The position numbers and the translations under genes are program-made. The notes below the pieces were generated by a model. The model worked only from the letters and a program-made list of their open reading frames with translations, was not told the origin of the DNA and made no database searches. A stretch of 64,000 nucleotides of DNA from an uncultured Gemmatimonadales bacterium (GTDB lineage: Bacteria > Gemmatimonadota > Gemmatimonadetes > Gemmatimonadales > GWC2-71-9), in NCBI GenBank assembly GCA_963779755.1, contig CAVZZO010000003.1, positions 512,001 through 576,000 of the forward strand. The letters are read 5' to 3'. Each line of letters opens with the position of its first letter. The first letter of the stretch is position 1. This document shows, one piece after another, positions 1 through 9,487 of this stretch.

Positions 1-433
1 CGGCGAGATGGCCCTGATCGACGACAGCCCCCGCTCCGCGCATGTCATCGCCATGGAAGATTCCGTCCTGCTCACCCTGCGGCGGGAAGATTTCCAGCAG
101 CGGCTGCGCTCCTCCCCCGAGGTGGCCATCAGTCTTCTCCGCGAGTTGTCCCGCCGGCTCCGCCGCGCCGACGAGAAGATCGGCAGCCTGGTCCTGCTCG
201 ACGTCAACGGCCGGGTGGCCGATCTGCTGCTGCGCGCCGCCAGCGAGGAAGGGGGAGAGTGCATCAAGAGAAAACTCACGCACCACACCATTGCGCAGAT
301 GATCGGCTCCAGCCGCGAGACCGTTTCCCGGACCATGCGCGATTTCGTGGAGCGCGGCTTTATCCAGGTGACCCGCAAGGACATAACCATCACCGACCGC
401 CCCGCCCTGATGGAAGCCGCCGGCTGGTCGTGA
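1..433 (+). CDS. Crp/Fnr family transcriptional regulator (5' truncated)
   Basis: cNMP-binding segment GEMALIDDSPRSA and HTH THHTIAQMIGSSRETVSR; frame open to the window edge. Confidence 0.92.
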   Translation, partial: GEMALIDDSPRSAHVIAMEDSVLLTLRREDFQQRLRSSPEVAISLLRELSRRLRRADEKIGSLVLLDVNGRVADLLLRAASEEGGECIKRKLTHHTIAQMIGSSRETVSRTMRDFVERGFIQVTRKDITITDRPALMEAAGWS

Positions 434-517
434 TGCGTATCACCCCCGGCCGGTGACGGCCGCCACGCCGGGGGCGGCCCCCGCCGCCCGGCACGCTTCT
501 CGCTTTGCCAGACGCTC

Positions 518-1387
518 GTGACGTACACCGCAACCTTCCACGGCACCCGGGGCTCCATTGCCTCGCCCGGCCCGCAGACCACGCGCTACGGCGGCAACAC
601 CGCCTGTGTGGCGGTGAGCCTGGGAGGCGATGACCTCGTCATCCTCGATGCCGGAACCGGCATCCGTCCGCTGGGACTCACCATGGCGCAGGGCGGTCGG
701 AACGATCTGAAGGTCGATATCCTGCTGTCGCACACCCACTGGGATCACATCCAGGGCCTGCCCTTCTTCCAGCCGCTGTACACCGCGGGGAACCGGGTGC
801 GCATCTTCGGCGCGGCCCAGAACGATGTGCCGCTGGAAGCGGTGCTCGACCGGCTAATGGATCCGGTGGCCTTCCCGGTTCCCCTGCGCTCGCTGGCGGC
901 CGAGCTCATCGTACGGGAAATCCTCCCCGAGGACACCATACAGCTCGATGGGTTCCGCATCAGCAGTTTTCAGTTGCGCCACCCCGGGACCACGCTGGGC
1001 TACCGCCTCGAGCCGGCGGCAGGTGGCACGGCCCTGGCCTACCTGACCGACAACGAGCTGGGTCCCGGCGGGTCCTACAATGTCGGGGCGGCCTGGCGCC
1101 GGCGGCTGGCCGGCTTCCTCAAGGGAACCGGCACCCTGATCCACGACGCGACCTACCATGATACCGCCATCGCCGCCCGGGCCGGCTGGGGACACTCCAG
1201 CCCCCGGCAGGCCATAGACCTTGCCGCGGAGGCCGGAATCGCACATCTCGTGCTGTTCCACCACGATCCGGAGCACAGTGACACCTTCCTTGATCGCATG
1301 GTCGAGGAGGCCCGTAACTACGCGCAGGAAGTGGCCCCGGGCTTGCGGGTGGATGGGGCGTGTGAAGGGGACCGACTCACCCTCTAG
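518..1387 (+). CDS. MBL-fold metallo-hydrolase (RNase Z/phosphodiesterase-like)
   Basis: HTHWDH motif, GTRGS..YGGNT N-terminus, WGHS and FHHDP motifs. Confidence 0.9.
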   Translation: MTYTATFHGTRGSIASPGPQTTRYGGNTACVAVSLGGDDLVILDAGTGIRPLGLTMAQGGRNDLKVDILLSHTHWDHIQGLPFFQPLYTAGNRVRIFGAAQNDVPLEAVLDRLMDPVAFPVPLRSLAAELIVREILPEDTIQLDGFRISSFQLRHPGTTLGYRLEPAAGGTALAYLTDNELGPGGSYNVGAAWRRRLAGFLKGTGTLIHDATYHDTAIAARAGWGHSSPRQAIDLAAEAGIAHLVLFHHDPEHSDTFLDRMVEEARNYAQEVAPGLRVDGACEGDRLTL

Positions 1388-1400
1388 CGAGGAACGGGTT

Positions 1401-2093
1401 ATGCGCAGGTTTATCCTGTTGCTGTGCCTCACTTTGGCTTTCATCACCGTCCCGGCAGCCGCCCAGCAGGACGGGCGGCCCGGCATCGCGGTGTTGCCCT
1501 TCGAGAACGGCGGGTCCTACGGACAGGACAAGGAGGACTTCACCGCCCTGGAACAGGGAATTCCGGCCCTGCTGATCACCAGCCTGCAGCAGAATCCGGC
1601 CGCGCGGGTGGTGGATCGTAGTGATATTCACCAGCTGCTGACTGAGCAGAACATGGCCGCCGAGGGCCGGGTGGATGCCGCCACGGCCGCCCGGATCGGC
1701 AAGCTGATCGGCGCCCGCTATATGATCATGGGCACCTTCGTGGATTACTACGGCAAGTTCCGCATCGATGCCCGCATCGTGGACGTCGAGACGGGCGAGA
1801 TCCTCAAGGTGGTCTCCGTGGGGCCCCAGGATCGGGAAAAGCTCTACCAGATGCTGCAGCAGACGGCAGACAAGATCATGGCCGGCACCAACCTGCCGCC
1901 GCTGCCGGCTGAGGTGTCCCAGGCGCGGGCGAGGAACATCCCGGCCGAGGCGCTGACGCTCTACAGCCGCGGGTTGCTTTACCAGGACCGCGGCGACCGC
2001 GACAAGGCGATCGAGTATTACCGGAAGGCACTCGCCGTCTATCCCGACTTCACCGAGCCCGGCGAGGCGCTGAAGCAGATTCAGAGTTCCTGA
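1401..2093 (+). CDS. Secreted CsgG/HfaB (TolB_N-like) domain protein with C-terminal TPR
   Basis: Signal peptide MRRFILLLCL..AAAQ; IAVLPFEN, ARIGKLIGARY, DARIVDVETG; terminal TPR YYRKALAVYPDF. Confidence 0.8.
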   Translation: MRRFILLLCLTLAFITVPAAAQQDGRPGIAVLPFENGGSYGQDKEDFTALEQGIPALLITSLQQNPAARVVDRSDIHQLLTEQNMAAEGRVDAATAARIGKLIGARYMIMGTFVDYYGKFRIDARIVDVETGEILKVVSVGPQDREKLYQMLQQTADKIMAGTNLPPLPAEVSQARARNIPAEALTLYSRGLLYQDRGDRDKAIEYYRKALAVYPDFTEPGEALKQIQSS

Positions 2094-2137
2094 CCCTTGC
2101 GAGCGCCGCACTCGACGGTCGAGTCCACAAGACCGCG

Positions 2138-2675
2138 CTAGTGGATTCGACCGATCTCTATGCCTGCCATAAGGTCCACCGTACTGCCGGCCCAGGGTCG
2201 GACCGAGCGTGCCAGCGCCGTCAGGGTGAGCGCCGTATGACCCGCCACCTGCAACCCGGCGCCGATCGTTACGTGGATCGTCGGGCCGCTGGCCTGTGAT
2301 CCCTTGAGCCTCAGTGCCCAGCCAGCCCCGAGCCCGACCACCGGCTGGAGCCGACCTACCAACGGTCTGAGCCCCAACGTCAGTTCCGGCAGCAGGAGCA
2401 CGGTGGGATCGGAGACCTGGAATCCACCGACGTGAACGGTGCGCTGTGCATCGAAGACTGGAAGCGATGCAGCCAGGAACACCCTGCGGTGTACAGCCCA
2501 CGAGCGGTACGCGCTCACAACCGGTGCGGTGCCGGTCCCAACCAGGTCGTAGTGGCTGACTCCGGCACGAAACCCCAGAATCTGGGCGCTAGCCTCGTGC
2601 GAGCACAGCAAGGCGCTGATGACAACTCCGAGAATGAACTGGAGCCGCAGATGGACCCGGCCACGACAACCGCAT
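2138..2675 (-). CDS. Putative outer-membrane beta-barrel protein (start uncertain, possibly frameshifted)
   Basis: Signal-like FILGVVISALLCSHEASAQ followed by alternating amphipathic strands; the RBS-preceded ATG at 2675 is out of frame with the body. Confidence 0.5.
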
Positions 2676-2712
2676 GCGTTAGTGCTCCGGCCAGACGGGC
2701 GTGAAAAGCCGC

Positions 2713-4012
2713 TCAAGGTCGCGTTACCGTCCATATTGTCCCTGCAGTCCCGTGTAGGCCGGTAAGCGTCCAAGGTGAAACTCCAGACGAGCCTGTCGGT
2801 ACTGAGAATGCACCAATCATATCGTCGTCGTTAGTGCTCCGCCAATCGAGTATTGCATCGACGACCCAGCCGGCGACAATAACTGGCAGCGGTAGGCAGT
2901 TCTCTGTGCACCTGATCCACGAGACAGATACATACACGCTCACCGTTCCAAGATATCCATAGAGCCTCTGAGTTGAGGCATCACTTGTCTCGAATGAGCA
3001 CTTCGATCCATGGTCATCCTCCCAGACAATCCCGCCAACCTTGCCGCCGCCAAGGATCGCATTCGCGATGTCAAAATTGGCCCCGATCTGGACGATGCCG
3101 GTCCACAAATCATGGTCCTGGTTGAAGTAATAAGGGGTGTACAGGTCCTCGTTTGCGCATCCCAAAGTGATCGTGTGCCCCACCGAATCCGCAGCGAATA
3201 CCATGATCGCAACTTCGGGCGATCCCCGCAGCCAGCCCTCATACTGCGACACGTTGGCAATGTTCATCTTACACGCCAGCAGCTTGGCCCCGGTTGGTGT
3301 CGGCGGGCAGGGATCCTCCGGAGGCGGGTCCCCACCGCCTCCCCCACCTCCACCGCCTCCCCCGGTGCAGTCGTCTAGGTCAGGGGGACACGCATCTTGC
3401 GACTGGGGCCTGATCAGGGACTCACGTGCCGCGGCGAAGTCGACCTCTGATGGGAGGACCGCAATGACTGGCGTGATCGGAGGAGATCTCGGATCCAGTA
3501 CGTAGCGATGGCCTTTCGTATCGAACGCCACGGGCGCCATTCCATCGCGAACTGCCGTCGCCACGAGTACATTGTCATCACCGGCCCATTGTGCGCGATG
3601 CGCTGGGATCGGGAGGTAGACCTCGCGTGAGCTGTCCAGCGTCACCGCTGCAGAGAACTGTTCCGGTGTGGAATTGTCCGCTGCGGCGACCGCCTTGAGC
3701 GCAAGAGCGGAGGCAGACTCCAGTAACGGCTTCAACTCGACCTTGCCCTCTCGTAATGGAGATTCTCGGAGTCGGGCATGAACCACCGATCGCACATCGG
3801 GATTAGCAAGAGCCGAAGCAAGCGCTTTAGCGAGACGCTCGAGCTTGGCTTCTTCAACTGTTTCGGTGGGTGTTAGTGTGCGAGGAACTGCCGGTGCGCG
3901 ACTAACTGTCTCAGGTGTCGGCCCCGTTGATTGCTGATGTTCGGCCTCGCAACCTGCCGATATAATCGAGGCGGTGAGCCCCCCCCCAAGCTACCAAGCT
4001 TCGCAGGCGCAT
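2713..4012 (-). pseudogene. Secreted lipoprotein, DUF3103-like, frameshifted in a G9 tract
   Basis: AGGAAAAC-ATG at 4012. Deleting one G of the G9 run (C9 at 3979-3987 on +) gives MRLRSLVAWGGLTASIISAG-C fused to the 2713..3795 ORF. YEGWLRGSPEV resembles DUF3103; Gly11 linker. Confidence 0.65.
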
Positions 4013-4517
4013 GTTTTCCTTCTCGCTATGGAAAGGCGTAAACAGCTGGACGTATCTTGGCAGACAATGTTCTTAATCGAAGGTGAAAGGAGCCTGAAGG
4101 TCTGATGAGAGTATCGGGCTGTACGCCACATACGACCGAGCCTAGAGCTAGACTTCACACTCCAGATGCGTGGCACGCGGTTTCACGAATGTCGCACTAT
4201 TGTTGATATCATCTCGATATGTGACGTGTGGACCTAGAGAATGTCGCCTACGCCCGTCACATCCATCCCTAAGCGGCATGCCGAACCATGGGTGTGAGTG
4301 TCCCAGAAGCGGCGCGGGAGCCGGTTGCTCTCGGCCTCGCCCGGAGCTTGATTGTCGCCGGATACGCCGCTTGGGCTGAGCCGTGGCCCCTTCACGCAAA
4401 CCCGTTCGCAGTGGCGGATGGCTCATTTCAGAGCGCGCCGCAATACCCTGCCGGTGGTTCTGCCGGAAGCCGACCGAGAGTGCAGCTACTCGAAGGAGTG
4501 TGGACGCGCGCGGCTTC

Positions 4518-5765
4518 CTAGCTCACCGGGAGCTGGCGGCGCCAGACCCAGAGGCCGGCCACCAGCCCCAGATGCACCGGCAGCGCCAGCGCGAGCAGCT
4601 CGCCGTCGTGCTGGATGAACCCCGGCAGCAGCTTCACCACCAGGCCCAGCACTCCCAGCCCGAACACCGCCGTGGCCACCAAGAGGGCGCGCCGCAGCGC
4701 CGCGCGTGGGGCCGCCGTCCAGCCCAGCCGCGGCAGCAGCACCACCAGCGGCAGGGCCAGCAGGTTCCAGGCGAAGAGATTCTCGTTGCGCGCCGCCACG
4801 GCATGATCCGTCAGCGACCAGAGCCCGGTCATCAGCAGCCCTGCCACCCCGGCCAGCAGCGCCCAGAGGGTTCCCACCCCGATGAATCCGGCGCGCGCGC
4901 CGGCGCTCCGCGCCGCCCGCCAGCCCAGCAGCCCCAGGACGGCGCCGGTGATGCCCCCAACCAGCAGGAACACGCCGGTCCACCGCGGGGGGCGGGGTGG
5001 CGGGGGCAGCAGGCTGCTCGCGAACACCCGCTCTTCGCTCCGGACCAGGGGGATGCGCCCGCCTTCCGGCCCGGGCACCGTCACTTTGTCGAGATGGTCG
5101 CGCAGCGACATGGGAATGAACATGCCCTCCCAGACCGAGAGCGGCCGGTCCACCGGCTGGCCCAGGAGCAGCATGAGGCCGCTGTAGATCAGCGGGTCGC
5201 GCGCGGTGAGGCGCGCCGTCTCGGACCGGTAGGTGGTTTCCGCCGGCAGCTGCCGGGTCTGGCGCCGGATTTCACCCCCCAGCGCCCGGTCCAGGGCATC
5301 GCGCAGCCGGGTGGCGCAGTTGTCCCGGTAATAGTCGTAGCGGTAGAACTTGTTGTCGCCCTGGATATTCCAGGTGAGGAAATTCTGCAGCCGCCGCGCT
5401 TCGGCCTGGGTGAAGTTCAGCTCCTGCACCCAGATCGACCGGTCCATCCGGGTATAGAACGTCATCAGCCCGATGGCATCCTGGCTTCCCATCCAGTAGC
5501 GCATCCGCCCCTGCAGGAAATGGAGCAGGAACCCGGACTGGGCAAAATCGAACCGGCCGTAGTCGTAGGCGATGTCGGTGCCCCGGGCCGGATCGTGGAT
5601 CCAGATGGCGTCGTGGCCGAACAGCTCCCACACCGCCCGGCCCTGGCCGAAGGTGATGAGCGAAATCGTGAGGCCCCGGCCGGAATCGGCCTGCGCCACC
5701 AGCGCCCCCGGCCGGTGAAGAACAGCCAGAAGAACCACCAGGAGGCGCAGCCGGCACAGTCTCAT
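4518..5765 (-). CDS. DUF4105 / Lnb-like membrane protein (putative lipoprotein N-acyltransferase)
   Basis: ELFGHDAIWI, YDYGRFDF, YRYDYYRDNCATR motifs plus C-terminal TM helices. Confidence 0.85.
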   Translation of the reverse strand: MRLCRLRLLVVLLAVLHRPGALVAQADSGRGLTISLITFGQGRAVWELFGHDAIWIHDPARGTDIAYDYGRFDFAQSGFLLHFLQGRMRYWMGSQDAIGLMTFYTRMDRSIWVQELNFTQAEARRLQNFLTWNIQGDNKFYRYDYYRDNCATRLRDALDRALGGEIRRQTRQLPAETTYRSETARLTARDPLIYSGLMLLLGQPVDRPLSVWEGMFIPMSLRDHLDKVTVPGPEGGRIPLVRSEERVFASSLLPPPPRPPRWTGVFLLVGGITGAVLGLLGWRAARSAGARAGFIGVGTLWALLAGVAGLLMTGLWSLTDHAVAARNENLFAWNLLALPLVVLLPRLGWTAAPRAALRRALLVATAVFGLGVLGLVVKLLPGFIQHDGELLALALPVHLGLVAGLWVWRRQLPVS

Positions 5766-5789
5766 GCAATCCCTGTTCTGTGGTTGGAC

Positions 5790-5925
5790 CACGACACGGA
5801 GGCACGGAGCCACGGAGATTTCACGGAGAGCACCGATTGGACGACATCACAATCGGCTGCCCTCCGCCGCTCTCCGTGTTTCCGTGCCTCCGTGTCGCCG
5901 GTGCAGTCCTGGAGACACTCCGTGC
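5790..5925. repeat. Palindromic intergenic repeat built from CACGGAG units
   Basis: ACACGGAGGCACGGAGCCACGGAG...CTCCGTGTTTCCGTGCCTCCGTGT; arms are mutually inverted. Confidence 0.8.
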
Positions 5926-5952
5926 CCTGGCCTTGACACCACACCGGCAGCT

Positions 5953-6960
5953 TCACAGTGCCACGTCGCGTCCCTCGTCCGCCGAGCGGTAGATGGCGTC
6001 GATGATCGTGTGCAGGGTCAACTGCTCCTGCAGATCGATCGGCTTGGCCTCCCCGCTGATTGCGGCCAGGAAGTGGGCCCACTCCGCCCGGAAACTGGCG
6101 AAGAAGGCATTCTCGCGGCTGACCGAACCGGTGGGAGCGACGTCGGTCGGGACGCCGTGCAGCTCCTTCCAGACATGCAGCGGGTTGATGCCGGCCGACC
6201 CCTTGGTGCCGCGGAGCCCCACGCCGAATCGCTCCCCGCTGCCCACGTGGTGCCAGGTAACATCCACGAACAGAGTGGTCCCGTTCTGGCAAACCACGAA
6301 CGCGCTGCCCGACTGCTCCACCCCTCCCCCGCGCGGCGGCTGCAGGCCGGCACTCACCCTTACCGGCTGCGGCGTGCCGGTGAGCCACAGGCTCAGGTCG
6401 AGCACCGACAGCCCGAGATCGAGCATGGCGCCGCCGCCCGACTGCTCGCGCCGCTGGCGCCAGCCGAGCTGCGCCCGGCTGGGCCGGAACACGTGCCAGC
6501 TGCCCCGGACGCTCTCGATGTTCCCCAGCTCGCCGCTCTGGACGAAGCTGCGGACGATCTGGGAATCGGGACGGTAGCGGTGGTTCATCCCGGGCATGAG
6601 GACCAGCTGCCGCTTCTCGACCGCCTTGAGAATGCGCTGAACGCTGGAGGTGGTGAGGGCCAGCGGCTTCTCCACCAGGACGTGCAGCCCGGCCGAGAGG
6701 GCGGCCATGATATGGGATTCGTGCAGATGGTTGGGCGTGCAGACCAGCACCGCCTCGAGCGGCTCGTAGCGCAACAGGTCGTCGATGTCGTCGAAGGCGT
6801 CGGGGACCTTGAACCGGTCGGCCAGGGCGCGGGCCTTGAGCCGGTCGTTATCGCAGATCGCGAGCACCTGGACGGCCTTCATCTTCTTCAGCACGGGCAG
6901 GTGCCCCACCTGGGTGATGGCCCCCGCCCCGATGATCCCGACCTTCAGCGGATCGCTCAC
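5953..6960 (-). CDS. Gfo/Idh/MocA family oxidoreductase
   Basis: GIIGAGAI Rossmann motif, HVLVEKP, GGGAMLDLG. Confidence 0.93.
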   Translation of the reverse strand: MSDPLKVGIIGAGAITQVGHLPVLKKMKAVQVLAICDNDRLKARALADRFKVPDAFDDIDDLLRYEPLEAVLVCTPNHLHESHIMAALSAGLHVLVEKPLALTTSSVQRILKAVEKRQLVLMPGMNHRYRPDSQIVRSFVQSGELGNIESVRGSWHVFRPSRAQLGWRQRREQSGGGAMLDLGLSVLDLSLWLTGTPQPVRVSAGLQPPRGGGVEQSGSAFVVCQNGTTLFVDVTWHHVGSGERFGVGLRGTKGSAGINPLHVWKELHGVPTDVAPTGSVSRENAFFASFRAEWAHFLAAISGEAKPIDLQEQLTLHTIIDAIYRSADEGRDVAL

Positions 6961-7610
6961 CGGCGCACTCCCGGAATGTGGTAGCCGACTCCCACGCTGA
7001 ACGCGACGGTCTTGAGGTCGCTCGCCAGGACGCCCCGGCCGCCCAGATTGAGCACCAGCGAGCGGGTCAGCAGCACCTCCACCCCGGCGGTCAGGTTCAG
7101 CCCCGCGCCGGCCATGTCCAGGGCATCTTCCACAAAGGTACCGTTGATCGCCTGCCCCGAGCCATTGCGGATGTGAATCCCCGCCCCCAGCCCCAGGTAG
7201 GGGCGATACTTCGCCTGCCGGGCGAACATGTACTGCAGATCGGCGTCGAACGCCAGGTCGGACCAGTGCACCGCCCCGAGATTGATGCTGAAGTCGTTGG
7301 TCGGGTCCACCACCACCTGCGAAAGCTGGTTCTCGAATTTGCGGATTTCGCTGCTCTTGAAATCGCTGCGGAAATAGGAGCCGCCCACCAGCAGCCGGAG
7401 GCCCGGCGCAAACTGCCCCAGGTCCACCCGGACGCCCACCTGGGCCGTCCCCTTGAGCTTGTCCGACGTGAGGATGCCCAACTCGGCCTGGATGCCGGTA
7501 AAGCGGATGTTGTCGTAGGAAAAGCGGTCCAGCGGCTGCTGGGCTCGCGCGGCCGCCGGCGCCAGCAACATCAGGCCAGCCAGGGCCGCAGGGCAGAGAG
7601 AAAGGCGCAT
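6957..7610 (-). CDS. Outer-membrane beta-barrel protein
   Basis: Signal peptide MRLSLCPAALAGL..ARAQ; RPYLGLGAGIH; terminal FSVGVGYHI. Confidence 0.75.
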   Translation of the reverse strand: MRLSLCPAALAGLMLLAPAAARAQQPLDRFSYDNIRFTGIQAELGILTSDKLKGTAQVGVRVDLGQFAPGLRLLVGGSYFRSDFKSSEIRKFENQLSQVVVDPTNDFSINLGAVHWSDLAFDADLQYMFARQAKYRPYLGLGAGIHIRNGSGQAINGTFVEDALDMAGAGLNLTAGVEVLLTRSLVLNLGGRGVLASDLKTVAFSVGVGYHIPGVRR

Positions 7611-7612
7611 GA

Positions 7613-8941
7613 TCAGTAGAGTCGTTGGAGGTCGGTATTGGGAAAATAGGCGCGCAGGATGTCGCGGTAACCGAAGCCGGCGCGGGCCCGCCCCACGGCG
7701 CCCCACTGGCAGAACCCCACGCCGTGGCCGGCGCCGTGGCCGTCGGCCACCAGGCGGACGACCTGCCCCCGGGCCCGCGTCTGCTCCAGGCTGAATGCGG
7801 CGCTGCGCAAGGGCTCGTTCGCGTCGGCCCGCAGCACCTGGCGGATGGCCGGTCCCTGCACCGAAACCTCGCCCCGTCCCAGATCCAGGGCCAGCCGGGC
7901 CACCCGGTAGGAGGCCGTCCGGCCGGCGACCCGCACCGAGCGGATCACCGCGCCCGCGGCCAGGGGATGGCCGGTCACCGGCGGCAGGGTCTGGCGCAGG
8001 ATCTGGCGCAGCCGCTCGCCGGTCCATGCCACAGTCCAATGATAGCGGGGCGAGATCCGGCAGTAGGCCTCGCCGTCCGGATCGGTATCGGCGACGGAGC
8101 GGAGATACGGCCGGTCGGCACCGGCGAAGACTTCGGTGCCGTCCGCGGTCCGCCCGCCGCAGGTGGAAAAGAAGAAGGCATCGATCGGGGCGCCGTCCCA
8201 GGTCAGGATCTGCCCCGCGGTGCCGCTCACCGCCAGCCAGCTCTCCTGCGTCTCGGCGCCCACGCCTCCATAGACCTGATCCACCACCGTGCCGTAGAAG
8301 TCGAACCCCAGCGCGCGCCACTTGCCCCGGTTGCGCAGGGCAAAGGTCCGGGACACCACCGCCTGCGCCTTCAGCGCTTCCTCCTCCTCGGGAGCGCGCT
8401 TGCCCATCTCGCTGGAGACCACGCCCGCCAGATAGTTCTCAAGCGCCACCCGGTTCACTACCGTGAGGCCGGCGGGATCGCGCAGCACCACCACCTCGCC
8501 CCGGTAGTCGCGGCCGTCCACCCGGATGAACCCCTGGGGGGATCCGGCCCGGATCAGCAGCGAATCGGCCGGCCCGCCGCCCGCCACGCTCGCGCCGCCC
8601 GGCACCGGCCGCAGTGATACGGTGGCACCCGCGGGGACCTCGGCGAGCAGGCTGCTGTCGGGCGCGGTGACGGTGAGGGCCGCGCCGCCGCCCAGCGACA
8701 CCGTGGCCAGCCGGGTGCCCAGCGCCACCCGGATCCGGGGCTCGCCCGGTGCCGGAACGACGGCGGCGGGAATCCCGGCTTCCGGCACGGGCGCCGCGGG
8801 AGGCGCCTCGGCCGGCGGAAGCCCCGGAGCCGGCGCCGGCGGCAGGGGCGCCGGTTCCGGCTGGCTGCATGCGAGATAGAGAACACTCAGGACCCCGGCC
8901 AGCCACCGGGCCGGTCGGGGCATCCGGCGGGCGAGCCTCAC
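7613..8941 (-). CDS. SpoIID/LytB domain lytic transglycosylase (lipoprotein)
   Basis: Lipobox LYLAC; VNRVALENYLAGVV, EALKAQAVVSRT, GHGVGFCQWGA. Confidence 0.92.
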   Translation of the reverse strand: MRLARRMPRPARWLAGVLSVLYLACSQPEPAPLPPAPAPGLPPAEAPPAAPVPEAGIPAAVVPAPGEPRIRVALGTRLATVSLGGGAALTVTAPDSSLLAEVPAGATVSLRPVPGGASVAGGGPADSLLIRAGSPQGFIRVDGRDYRGEVVVLRDPAGLTVVNRVALENYLAGVVSSEMGKRAPEEEEALKAQAVVSRTFALRNRGKWRALGFDFYGTVVDQVYGGVGAETQESWLAVSGTAGQILTWDGAPIDAFFFSTCGGRTADGTEVFAGADRPYLRSVADTDPDGEAYCRISPRYHWTVAWTGERLRQILRQTLPPVTGHPLAAGAVIRSVRVAGRTASYRVARLALDLGRGEVSVQGPAIRQVLRADANEPLRSAAFSLEQTRARGQVVRLVADGHGAGHGVGFCQWGAVGRARAGFGYRDILRAYFPNTDLQRLY

Positions 8942-9438
8942 CCGCGGTAGTTCCCGAACTGGAGCTCGGGGCCGAAGTCTTCGGCGCGGAGGAAGGCGAT
9001 GACGGCCTGCAGCTCGTCGCGCGAGGGAGCGGAGACGCGGATCTCCTCGCCCTGGATGGAGGTCTGTACCTTCTTGAAGCCCTGATCGCGGATGGCGCGG
9101 CTGATCTTCTTTGAGGTTTCCTGATCGAGCCCCTGGGTCAGGCCGATCACCTGGCGCATGGTGCCGCCCGCGGCGGCCTCGGGATCGCCGGTCTTCAGGT
9201 TCTTCACCGGTACTCCGCGCTTCACCAGCTTGCCGCGCAGGATTTCCAGCAGGGCGCGGAGTTTGTAATCGTCCTCCGCCTGGAGCACCAGCTCCGCCTT
9301 GCCGCGGTCGAAATCGATGGTGGCACGGCTGCCTTTGAAGTCGAACCGCTGGGCGACTTCCTTCAGCGCCTGATTGACGGCGTTATCGACCTCCTGCAGG
9401 TCGGCGCCGGTGGAGATATCGAAAGAGGGATTGGCCAT
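8938..9438 (-). CDS. yajQ: YajQ family c-di-GMP-binding protein
   Basis: PSFDI..DLQEVDNAVNQA..RFDFKG; QFGNYR C-terminus. Confidence 0.95.
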   Translation of the reverse strand: MANPSFDISTGADLQEVDNAVNQALKEVAQRFDFKGSRATIDFDRGKAELVLQAEDDYKLRALLEILRGKLVKRGVPVKNLKTGDPEAAAGGTMRQVIGLTQGLDQETSKKISRAIRDQGFKKVQTSIQGEEIRVSAPSRDELQAVIAFLRAEDFGPELQFGNYRG

Positions 9439-9447
9439 AATCGGGAG

Positions 9448-9487
9448 GGCAAGACGGCAAGACGGCAGGACGGCCGGACGGCCGTCC
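9448..9487. repeat. 8-mer tandem repeat (GACGGCAR)
   Basis: GGCAAGACGGCAAGACGGCAGGACGGCCGGACGGCCGTCC; same unit at 32252-32329 and 55011-55037. Confidence 0.7.

Noticed and set aside
2660..2712. Integron attC site between the islet genes (CTAAC...GTT)
   Set aside because: Too short, with no proper R''/L''/L'/R' pairing and no integrase.
4170..4186. Sigma-54 promoter TGGCACGCGGTTTCA
   Set aside because: Lacks the -12 GC and points at no credible gene; the similar match at 28067 was dropped because no credible gene lies downstream.
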